From: Chrysomallon squamiferum
Lineage: Eukaryota; Animalia; Mollusca
Direction of reading: 5' to 3'
Length of the DNA: 64,000 nucleotides
Assembly: GCA_012295275.1 (NCBI GenBank)
Contig: CM022671.1
Span: 33,356,001 to 33,420,000 of the forward strand
Numbering within the stretch: the stretch's first letter is position 1; each line of letters opens with the position of its first letter. Below are positions 1 to 11,900 of this stretch, piece after piece. A program made the position numbers and the translations under genes. The notes beneath the pieces were generated by a model. The model saw only the letters and a list, made by a program, of their open reading frames with translations. It had not been told where the DNA came from and did not search any database.

Positions 1-254
1 ACCAAATTTAATTAAAAAATCAATAAATAAATCAATAATAAATTTAAAAAAAAAGAAAAAAAAAAAAATCAAATTTAATATATTATAAAATTAGCATTAC
101 ATCTGGAGAAAATAAATAAATAAATAATAACAATAACAATAAAAATAATAAAAATAAAAATACAATACAATACAATACGATACAAATGAAAAAGGTTTTG
201 ATAAGCGAACATAGCACTGTTTTATATTATAATTAACAATTAAAACGTCTTAAT

Positions 255-560
255 AAAGCGGTCAGGCGTACGATATTAATAAAGTACTTCCGAGAACAGG
301 AAGATCAAGATGAAACATTTATGAACTAAGCGCGAGGCGTAACGGTCGCTTCGTGAAAAGTCGACTCTCTACGGGCCGTACGAAATACGTGACAATGCAG
401 AACACAGGGAAAAACCCGAATGCTAATTTTATACTCTTTTCTCCGTAAAAATAGTTTTAACCAATAGATAACTGGATTACAAATTGAGTTCAAAATCCAG
501 CCAATCAGTTTTATTGCTGTACATTTGTATGGAAAGATCCGAAGATTCCCTGTAAGATGA
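255..560 (+). promoter_or_regulatory. CpG-enriched putative promoter of gene A with STAT (GAS) and NF-kB-like sites
   Basis: Local CpG enrichment in an otherwise CpG-poor AT-rich background. TTCCGAGAA (288-296) fits TTCN3GAA. GGGAAAAACCC (407-417) and GAAGATTCCC (541-550, reverse complement GGGAATCTTC) are kB-like. All lie just upstream of acceptor ctgtcag|661 and ATG 681. Confidence 0.45.
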
Positions 561-680
561 TGCAGTTCATCACAAAACCACAAACAAACCGCAGTAAACT
601 TTAATAAGTAATTAGTAAACAGATATTCATTCATTCAATTATTTATTTATTTACTGTCAGGAATTGGATTATAATAAAAC

Positions 681-951
681 ATGGGTCCGACTAAAGAAGA
701 AGATCTGGTAAGAAGGTTGACACCAAAATTTATGGAATTGATTGACCCATCTACATTTATGATTCATCTTGAAGTTCATGTTCTCACTTCCATTGATGAG
801 GTAAGTGACAATTTAGATCCATCAAGTTGTGTCACTAATTAAGTGAGAATTTGTTTGTAATGTTTTTACTGGTAACACACTTTCTGTGGATACTGAAAAC
901 TAATCATCAACAAGTGATTCTTTGTACCAAAAAGAGAAGAACAAAAAAATA

Positions 952-994
<43 letters not shown>

Positions 995-1049
995 GAATCA
1001 AAATTATCAATTTGAGCCAGTAACTGATAATCATTATTCTTTTTATGTA

Positions 1050-1102
<53 letters not shown>

Positions 1103-1292
1103 ATAGATCTGTGGATAGATATATACATTTGTATAAAGCCTTTTTATGAAACATCAACATTTCTTTCTTACATCGTTAATTATATCAGTTACAGTATTGC
1201 ATTATAATTATTCTGTTGTGAAATAGAAGAAAAATTTCTATTTTTTTTTATCATCGTACAATATTTACTGACGTTTAAATAATAATAATATT

Positions 1293-1333
<41 letters not shown>

Positions 1334-3104
1334 CAATATAGTTTAATATAAAGACATTCTACTTGTATTCTGGTTTATTACATTATAATTTTCTGAACAC
1401 ATTCACTCTGATTGGTAAATGTTATTTTCTCTCACTGACCAGTGATGGAGCTGGTTGGCAATGGTGATCATGTTTAGTGACTGTCACAGTCAAAATGTCC
1501 ATTAGTAACATTATCTGCATCTCATTATAACTTCAGACAGTTCAACCCCCCCACACACAAACCCTTTTATAGCATTCATTTTTTGTTTTTCTGGTAGAGT
1601 TTGATAGAGGCTGAAGAAAAGTGTAAAGGAAGACAATATGCAGCGAAAAAATTGTTGGATATTCTTTCTAGAAAAGAAAACTGGTTTGAGAAAATAATAG
1701 AAACTCTGAGAATTGAAGAGGTGAAGTTGAGCCATGTTGCAGATAAATTTCTACAAATTAAAAGTAAGTATTTTTTAAAAATTATTACTGAAACAAAAGG
1801 TTTCATGCTAAAATACCTCACATATATCATTACCAGAGAGACAACTGTAACAAATATTGAATCACATTCATATAGTACTTCCCAGTATATATGTATATAT
1901 ATATTATAAAAGGTAACCGTAACAGATTACTGACAACTGTAATAAATTATATTATTTAACTGGTTTATATAATTTGATTTAAAAAAACCCACAAACCACA
2001 AATTTAGTTGAACACTCAGTGTATGGTTTTATTTACTTATATTCTTTTTCTAGTCTATTTTGTATGATTATAATTATAAAATGATAATTTCTGTTAGCTT
2101 TTGAAGAAACCAATGTTCTCTTTGTTACTTGGAGCTATTAAATGTTCAGATATTGAGAAAGTCATTCATAAGTTTCTGTTTGTTTTCAGAAGAGGTAGAT
2201 GCTGACTGGATTAAATTAGAACAAAAGTCCAGAGGTAAGCAGTTTTCTACACATCATGAGTCTAGATTGTTATCATTATTTAATTGCAGTCTTAAAAGCA
2301 GAAAACTTACTTGAGTTGTAAGTGGTTGTAGGATCAACTCTTCTCATTTCTTCAATTTGTCTTGGTCATAAGACCAAGAGCTTTACTAAAGGCCACTTTT
2401 TTGTGTTTCCCTCTCAGTGTGCAGTGAAAAATAACTCTTGCACTTTCATAAATGATCACTTAAGTTTCCTATTATAACAGATATAGTAAAAACATTTGTT
2501 TTCTTATATTGTTTTTACTTTCAAAAGATGTAATTCTATTAAAGAAAATATCATCTGATCTGAATATGTAGCTTAAACACATGGAGTATTATCAATATAA
2601 CACCTAATAATTATTATATCCAAGTGGTACAAATTACTGCTTCTGTAACATATTAATTTTGTTCTTATTTTTTACTGCAGGAGCTGAGTCACATCAGTCA
2701 GTTCTGTGTGAAAATAAAACAGCTCTGAGCACTTTTATTTTTGGTAATTGTTTGCCAAAACCTAAAGGTAATGTTTTATACAAAATCAGCATAATGTGTT
2801 ACTATGGTTACCATTCTAATTATTCATTATAAATAAAATTAGTACAGAATAAAATGGTTTTTTATTATTTTCTTTGCATTTTATTAGTGTTGTAAAAATT
2901 CATGTTCATTTTTAAAATAGATTATTTTGTTTTATGTCATTCTGTTTAGGTACACTCTTATTTTATTATTATGAAACATGAGTAAACACACACACACACA
3001 CACATACACTCATTTGTTGATATAATGATTTTCTACCTGTAAAACCAAAGATAATTTTCCAGATAAGATGAGTAATAAATATATATTTACATATACAAAA
3101 ACAG

Positions 3105-3161
<57 letters not shown>

Positions 3162-5061
3162 GTTATATGAAAACATTCAGACATTTAGGTATGAAACACA
3201 TATTCATATTGGTATAAAACACATATACCTAATGAAGAAATACACCTACTGATATGAAACAAAGAGAAACACTTACTGGTATAACACACATAGACTTACA
3301 AGCACACATACCTTTACAATACAGACACAGAGATGCTATGATAAATTAGCAATACTTATGTATGTACATACTAACTGACGTGACAATTATATTTTTAGAT
3401 CACTATAAAACAGATGGGAAAAGACATGAACAGAACGAAAATAAAAATCCCACTGTTTGTGATTCTCCCAGGAACGATTTTGGGAATGACAAATTTGTAA
3501 GACCATGTTTTGTTTATTTGGGTGTGCCTGTGTGTGGGTATGTTGTAACTCATATGAAACTTGTTTATTGTTCATCATGGAGTTGTAAGTAGGTTTGAGG
3601 AAGCTGCTTGAAACTCATATAGTCCATCAAACTTCACGCCACCCACTTAAAATGTCTCCAAAAGTAACAGTGTTGGACACAAGTTTGTCGTGTATTGACT
3701 TTAACCCTTCAGAGCATGCATCTGTGTGGTTTGCTGTGTGCAGTGTTACGTATCCACTAATGTGCCTTGTTGTGTGCAGTGTTAAGTATCCACTAATGTG
3801 CCTTGTTGTGTGCAGTGTTTATCCACTAATGTGCCTTGTTGTGTGCAGTGTTAAGTATCCACTAATGTGCCTTGTTGTGTGCAGTGTTAAGTATCCACTA
3901 ATGTGCCTTGTTGTGTGCAGTGTTAAGTATCCACTAATGTGCCTTGTTGTGTGCAGTGTTAAGTATCCACTAATGTGCATTGTTGTGTGCAGTGTTAAGT
4001 ATTCACTAATGTGCCTTGTTGTGTTCAGGGTTAAACTGTCAAAAGTCACTTATTTACTTACTAGTCCCTAGCAATTTGGTAACACAGACTTCACAATTCA
4101 GATTACCTTTTTTGTGATAAAAAGAAGTATACCACTTCCACAACAAAATACTATTTTTTTAATTTACAATACACCCAATCACATAAATGTGAGATTACTA
4201 TACATTTCAATTTTAAAAATATTTTCAATTACCTGAGTTGGTAAATAATTTTCTTTTCTTTTTCTTTCTTTCTTTATTTTTTTGTTGCTTTTTAATTTGT
4301 TATTACAGTTAGGCAATCTTAATTTTGAAAATTGTTTTTCATTTTCTTTCATTGTAGAATGATTTAGAAAGAAAAATTATAAGATTTTTGAGAACTAAGA
4401 CAGAGCCACAACTAACACTGACAATTGCGAAAGCTTGTGGTTGTGAAACACGGAAGGATGTTAATCCATCACTGTATGGCCTTGCCAAAAAAAACATTAT
4501 TAAACAATGTGATACCCGTTCGCCTACCTGGCAGGTGAGTTAATGAGATTTTTAAAACTAAATTTGTTAATTGAAAGAGTTATAAAATGTTAAAAATTAT
4601 AATATTTAATCATTTAGTTTAAGTAAGTCACTTCTTGTTGAATAATATTTATTTCAGTGTTGTTAAAAATAAAAAAAAGTGTTTATTTTTGTTTATTTGA
4701 TGAAAATGATGACTACATAAAGATTAGTCACATAATTACATGAATAAATTTGTGTGGTTGTATGACTAAATTCTGTACTTCTAACTTTCCTCTATCACTT
4801 CATATCAACCTTTAATAATAAAAAAGTATTTTTGTTAACAATTTCTGGAGTATGCATAGAGGCTGAAACTTTTCTTTTGTTTTGTGATAACATTTCATAC
4901 ACAGAAGTGCAAATAATTCAAGTAATGTAAGGTTTTATGTTAATAATTTAAATAATATCTGCAAACAATAAATCTGAAAATAATTTTCTCTTCACAAATT
5001 TCATTTGATGTTATCATTTAACTTTAAAAATATTTTGTTTGGTTTTCAGATGATGTCATAA
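681..5061 (+). CDS. Gene A: CARD + Z-alpha protein (~234 aa, 7 coding exons)
   Basis: Phase-consistent GT-AG exons 681-800, 1598-1763, 2190-2234, 2681-2767, 3399-3496, 4358-4534, 5050-5061 (705 nt, open). CARD: MGPTKEEDLVRRLTPKFMELIDPSTFMIHLEVHVLTSIDE/SLIEAEEKCKGRQYAAKKLLDILSRKENWFEKIIETLRIEEVKLSHVADKFLQIK. Z-alpha: NDLERKIIRFLRTKTEPQLTLTIAKACGCETRKDVNPSLYGLAKKNIIKQCDTRSPTWQ, then MMS*. Confidence 0.85.
3735..4035. repeat. 36-bp minisatellite (~8 copies) in the intron before the gene A Z-alpha exon
   Basis: Unit gtgcagtgttaagtatccactaatgtgccttgttgt repeated in tandem. Confidence 0.95.
4358..4534 (+). CDS. Z-alpha domain exon (type A) of gene A
   Basis: Hydrophobic helix 1 (KIIRFL), helix-3 motif VNPSLY and wing motif SPTW match the Z-alpha signature N-x3-Y...P-x-W (ADAR1 N173/Y177/P193/W195). 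Confidence 0.88.
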
Positions 5062-5329
5062 GAACCAAAATGAGATGCTTCCAGACGTATGAAATATACT
5101 ACAGCATGGCAGGAAAAAACAAACAAAATAATAAAAGTGCTTATTTAAAATTACAGATGTAAACTGGAAGCAAGCACAGTGATAATCTCTGATGTACAAA
5201 TATCTGATCTGTACTGGTTCTGTTCAAAGTTTACAAAATCTGCCAATATTTAAATCCAGAATGAAATTTGTTATTCATCTAAAATATAAGTAATTTAGGT
5301 TGTATATTTAAATAGGAATTTTTAAAATA

Positions 5330-7470
5330 GGAATTAAAATAACTTAATTTATTTGGTGACCTATTTTAATCAAAGAGTTAAGACTTATTCAAAGGATTAT
5401 GAAATTTAATTTTTTTAAATAGATGAATTTCATGAATTTAATTTTTAAATTCTTATAAAGAAATTATTTACAGCTTTTAAAAATGTTCTTATATCTTGAT
5501 TTAAATATTTGTATGAATATTTAAGAATGATCAATTTATACTTAACGAATTTAAATAAAAATTATAACATTTGTATTGTTTATAATTTATTAAATCTGTT
5601 GAACAGCAGAGTTATAATAATTTTAACATTAGTAGCTGTAGATTCATGATATCTTGTTAATCATATACTTGATTATAATTGAAAAATACATTATTACGAA
5701 TAACTGTATAATGTTTTTATATAAACAATAAATTATTTTACAGTGTATTCAGTTTTGTTTCAGTCAGTTAATCTTCTGCTGCAGGATTACAAAATCAAAA
5801 AAACAAACAAACAAACAAACAAATAAACAAATTAGTAATTAAAAAAATCTATAAAATGACTAATGGGAAAGAAGGTAGAAACATTTTAATGACACGATCA
5901 GCACATTCCAACCTACCATTGTGTGAGTCATATTATACAGGTTTAAGATCCATCATAAGAGAAATCCCACTTCCATTAGACTGAGTTTGTTCTTTAATCA
6001 TTAGCTGTAATATACATATATTCAAAAAGAAAGAAAGAAAAATTATTAATAAATTCCAGCTGCAAGCACACGCACAACAATATTTATTTATTTTAATTGT
6101 AACTTTACAATTTTTGTTTCTTTAAACGTATTCCAAACTGAAATAAACTTAGTCTTCAGTTCTTTGCTAATGGATTAAAACTGCTTGGTCTTTGCATGAT
6201 GACAAATCCAATCCAAACACTTAAACAGCGAGTGTTATTTATATACGATACAAACATTACCAGAATAGTGTATAACACCTACTTGACATGGATACAAAAA
6301 AAAAAAAAAAAAAAAAAAAAAAACAGAAATAAAAAAACAAACAACACATATAATTAAATAAATAATAATAAAAATAATAAAATTAAACCAAAAAAAAAAA
6401 AAAGTTAAAAAGAAAAATAATAATAATAATTTTTTTTAATAATAATAATAAAAAAAAATAAAATATAAAATTTTTAAATAAAAAAGAAATAAAACAAAAC
6501 GATTGATATGCCCTTGACTTGTAAAACCGTAACGACGTATAGGCGTGAATTATATTGATAAATTAATTGTTATAGGCCAGGTACCCGAGTTACTATCAAA
6601 CATAATATAACTGAATTAAAAATTATTTAAACAGTTTATGAAATTAAAAAATAAAAAAATATAAAAGAGGCCTTTTAAAATCAAGTTCATGAAATTAATT
6701 ATAAAATTGTTACCGAAAAATTATGTGCAGTTTTTAAAAGAGTTGTTATATACAGATTTTGATATTTTTGTCAGAGGAACATTTCTAAGAATGTTTAAGA
6801 ATGATCTATTTTTACTTACGTAATTTAAATAAATATTACTATTTTTATTTATTCATTTATTATTTTATTAAATCTATTGATCGGCAGTGTTATATTTTAA
6901 CATTAGTTGTTTTTGATTCATATCTGGTTAATTATACAAATGGTTATGTTTGAAAAATACACTTTTAAGAATAACTGTTCTGGTGCAAATACATTGTGAA
7001 ATGTTTTGATATATGTAATAGATTATTTTACTATGTTTTCTGATTTGTTTCAATCAGTGAATCTTCTACTGCAGGCAAACAAAATCAAACAAACAAAATA
7101 CAACAACAAGAAACAAACAAAACAAACAACAACAACAAAAACAAAAACAAACAAAGAAACAGTAAATAAAAATAAAATGACCAATGCGAAAGAAGGTAGA
7201 AACATTTTAATGACATGATCAGCACATTTCAGCCTACATTATGTGAGTCATATTATACTGGTTTAAGGTTCATCATAAGAGATATTTTAATTGTAATTTT
7301 ACTATTTTTGTTTGTTTAAACTGATTCAAAACTAAAATAAATTTAGGCTTCAGTTCTTTGGTAATGGAACAAAACTGCATGATCAATCGAATCCAAACAC
7401 TTAAACAACGAGTATTATTTATATACGATACAAACCTTGCTATAATAGTGTGTGATATCTACTATACATC
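5330..7470. repeat. Locally duplicated non-coding 3' block (about 5330-6300 and 6600-7470), also repeated at about 15650-16640, 27630-28630 and 33183-33760
   Basis: Shared strings such as gaaagaaggtagaaacattttaatgacacgatcagcacatt and atccaaacacttaaacagcg recur downstream of each CARD-Za gene. Confidence 0.8.
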
Positions 7471-7867
7471 AAAAAAAATAAATAAATAAATAAATAAATA
7501 AAATAAAATAAAATAAAAATAAATAAATAAATAATGATTATAAACTTTAAAAAGAAAAACTAAGAAATAAAAATGAAAAAAAGAAAGAAGATAGAAGAAG
7601 AAAAAGGAAATACATGTACAACGAGAGGGAGGAGTGGGTAGGTGCGCAGCAAACTGTGGAAATTACATAGAAAAAACTGTGGAAAACACTGTACGTAAAA
7701 TCTTCGTCAGGAGTTTACTTTTCAGTTTTATTTGAAATGTATATATAGTTATAATGATTTTAACAAAAATTCATTTACGATCATTAGAAATTATATTTCA
7801 GTTTATTTTAACTGAAATTTCAGAAACTTTATAACATAAATAATCATTTCCTAGCCGACAAATTTCT

Positions 7868-7879
7868 ACTTTCACTTTC
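7868..7879 (-). promoter_or_regulatory. ISRE/IRF-E upstream of gene B
   Basis: ACTTTCACTTTC = GAAAGTGAAAGT on the minus strand, the canonical GAAANNGAAA IRF element, about 420 bp before ATG 8299. Confidence 0.6.
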
Positions 7880-7963
7880 TCGTTGAAATCTTGTAGAATA
7901 ATTTGACTAAACTGACACTTTAAAATATTCTATATCATTATATCTTTGAGATAAAACAAACTG

Positions 7964-8013
<50 letters not shown>

Positions 8014-8298
8014 ATTAATAAAAATGAATTGTCAAACTCTAAAATTTTAAATTCATTTGAAATATGAAATTAGTAAGAATAATACCCATGTTGTGTACTT
8101 AGATGTTTATTTTGTGTTGTGGGTTGTGCTACATTAACTGAGATTACAAGTTCATTTATTTCACCTTTCAGATACAAACATTACAAAACCCCAAACAAAC
8201 CACAATAAATATTAATATTAAAATGTGCTACAATTAGTAAACAAATGTACATTCACTCAGTTATGTATTTATTTTTAGGAATCTGATTAGAATAAAAC

Positions 8299-8885
8299 AT
8301 GAATCCAACTAAAGAACAAGATCTGGTACGAAAGATGACACCACAGTTTATGGACTTGATTGATCCATCTTTGTGTATGATTTACTTTGATGTTCATATT
8401 CTCCTTCCCTCTGAAACGGTTAGTAATAATTTAGATAAATCCCGTCTGGTTATTAACTAAGTTAAAATTTGTTTGTAATGTTTTTACTGGTAACACACTT
8501 TCTGTGGATACTGAAAACTAATCATGAACAAATGATTCTTTGTACCAAAAAGAGAAGAACAAAAAAAATATTCTGTGTGTTGACATGTGTGCATGTGTGT
8601 GTGTGTGAATGATGAATCAAAATTATCAATTTGAGCCAGTAACTGATAATCATTATTCTTTTTAAGTAAAAATCATATATATATATATATATATATATGG
8701 ATAGATCTGTGGATAGATATATACATTTGTATAAAGCCTTTTTATGAAACATCAACATTCTTTCTTACATCATTAATTATATCAGTTACAGTATTGCATT
8801 ATAATTATTCTGCTGTGAAATAGAAGAAAAATTACATTTTAACACTTTTATTATTTTATCATTGTACAACATTTACTGAAGTTTA

Positions 8886-8927
<42 letters not shown>

Positions 8928-11900
8928 CAATATAGTTTAAATAAAGACATTCTACTTGTATTCTGGTTTATTAAATTATAATTTTCTGAACACTTTCAGT
9001 CTGATTAGTAAATGTTATTTTCTCTCACTGACCAGTGATAGAGCTGGTTGGCAATGGTGATCATGTTTAGTGACTGTCACAGTCAAAATGTCCATTAGTA
9101 ACATTATCTGCATCTCATTATAACTTCAGACAGTTCAACCCCCCACAAAAAAACCTTTTATAGCATTAATTTTTTGATTTTCTTGTAGTCTTTGATAAAC
9201 GCTAAACAAGAGCAGAAAGGAAGACATCTTGCAGCAAAAGAATTGTTGGATATTCTTTCTAGAAAAGAAAACTGGTTTGAGAAAATTATAGAAACTTTGA
9301 GAATCGAAGATTTGAAGTTGAGCCATGTTGCAGATATATTTCTGCAAATTAAAAGTAAGTATTTTTTTAAAATTATTACTGAAACAAAAGGTTTCATGCT
9401 AAAATACCTCACATATATCATTACCAGAGAGACAACTGTAACAAATATTGAATCACATTCATATAGTACTTTCCATTATTTATTTTTTTATAAAACATAT
9501 TATAAAAGGGGATTGTATATATTGTTTGGTTTAAAAAAAGCACAGACCATAAATTTAGTTGAAAACTCAACTGGAGTTATTAAATATTAAGATGTTGAGT
9601 ACATCATTGATCAATTATCTGTTTATTTTCAAAGGAGATAGATGCTGGCTGGATTAAATTAGAACGAAAGGACAGAGGAAAATCCCCACACAATATAGAC
9701 ACACACAAACACACAGATATGAAAACATGCAGACATACTGGTATGAAACATATATATATAAAACATTTTCACTTCTTTCTTAGAAAATTCCTTTTCATTA
9801 TCCACCTTATGTCTGTGTGTGTGTGTGTGTGTGTTTATAAATCTGTGTAATTTGAAATTCAGGTATTCTAACCTTTCTTATATTTGTTTTTGGTCATCTT
9901 TCCAGGAGAAGTTGATGATCACTGGAACAGTCTGCCGCCAGAAAAGCCTCATTCTGTTTCAGACATAAATCAGACTACAGTTAAAGAATTTAAATTTGGC
10001 AAGATGAAAAGTAAGTTCTATTTGAAAAAACATAAAAAGAACAGAATAATGAATTTAATTTTAATTCAACTCTTAAAACTGACCTAAATTAATCTCTTCA
10101 TAAATAATGGTAGACATACTGGTAGAGTATTTGCCTAATCACCATTGTCAATGATCCTCACTACATCAACTGGATTATTACAGTCAGTATTTATACTAGT
10201 GTATGTGTAGATGTATTATGTACCTAGCTATCTCTATATAAATATAAAACAGTTAGTGAAAACTAATTAATTAATTTAAATTCAGACTGAATTAATTGAT
10301 ATAATGTGTAATCCAAACTACATTGTAATAGTTCTGAGAAATTTCAGTGCCTTTGAGGTTCTTCATGAAAAAAAGTTTGTTAAAGTTTTGTTCTCTCAAA
10401 CTTTTTTCATTTGCATTTTATTTTTTGCTTTTTAAAATATTTCTGGTTCTCCTTCCCACCTTTGATTTCTGTATTTAAAAATGTATATATATATATGTGT
10501 GTGTGTGTGTGTTTTAGAAGATTATGCCACAGATGTTGGTCGTCCAGGAATGCCTGGTGCCAGAAGAGCTGATAACAAGTCAAATAAGGTAAAAATAAAT
10601 GTTTCATTATTATCCCAATCTTTGTGACTGATGTATAAAATCTGAACTGTAAGTAAATATTAAAAATGGATCATACAGTATTCTGTATTTTTACAGTTCT
10701 TCTGTAAAAATATCAGTTTGAAAGTATGTTTTTCCCTGGGCAAGTTTTGATGGTTGGATTTATCAAAGAATTAAGCTTATCACAACATTCACAATCATAA
10801 GTCTTTGGCACTGAATAGCAGCTTTAACTTTCCTTGTATGACCAGCAATCACTAAATAAAAGTTTGTCTCATAATTGTCATATATATTCTCACCATATAT
10901 ACACACATGTAATAAAAGTATATTATTCTACTGAATATGCATTTTCAATTATTTATTGTTTAACATTAGGAAAATTAGTAATTTACAGCTGGATAATGTG
11001 CCTGTCTCTTCTGCAGCTTATGACTTCATTTTTCTCATTTTATTTCCATTTGTAAAAATACTGAGGACATTTAGTACACTGGTATGAAAATATTGAGGAA
11101 AATGAGTTTTAAAAAATGTATTTTTTTCCAAGTCTGAAAATGTCACTATAATTCTATAACTTAACATGGGCAAACACATGTTCATGGGTAGGAATAAATA
11201 TTCCTTACCTGGAGATAATATTCTTTTACAAAAGAAATAATTATATGGACTTAGCTAACAAGGCTGTTATTCTGAGAGTTGACTGCAAATGAATCAAAAT
11301 AAAATTTTAAGATTAAAAAAAAAATATGCTTTATCAGTGCTGTTTCACATTCATCAACTAAATATTTAAAAATATGTACACCTTAACATCTTTTCATTCT
11401 TTGGTTTGTTAATAAGTTATAATTCAAAGACTTACAAAGGGAACAGAAATATAATGGAACAAATTGTAGATAACTAATATTTCATATTTGTAAGTGTTCT
11501 CTTAACAGATATTCAATATAAAACAAATTTACAAATGACTCCAATAGTTTTTCCATGTTCCATTTGCTTAAGACTTGGTTAATCCCGGATTCAGCAACAG
11601 AAATGCTTGGCATTACAAGGACAAAAAACACTACAGCAAAAAATGTATAATTAATAACATTATTAAATTACTTCAAAATTTCAAAACTTCTTAGTGATTT
11701 CTGTTTAATGAACTACTTTGTAGACTCCTGGAATAAAAGAACAGTGCTTTAAGTCTTTCAAACTGAATCAATTATTATATTTTGCAGGCTCAGTCATGTT
11801 CACAGGTTGCAGAAGAACTTGAAGGAGCACGAGCTAATGAGACAGCCAGTAAGTTATCTAGTTAACTAAAAATGTAATTAATATACGTTTTTTTATTCTT

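Noticed and set aside
326-634. 102-aa minus-strand ORF upstream of gene A
   Set aside because: It has no recognisable domain, overlaps the likely promoter and 5' UTR, and is not conserved in the other copies.
955-991. (TG)n/(CA)n tracts as dedicated Z-DNA autoregulatory elements
   Set aside because: Such microsatellites are abundant throughout the window and vary freely between paralogues; there is no evidence of specific enrichment.
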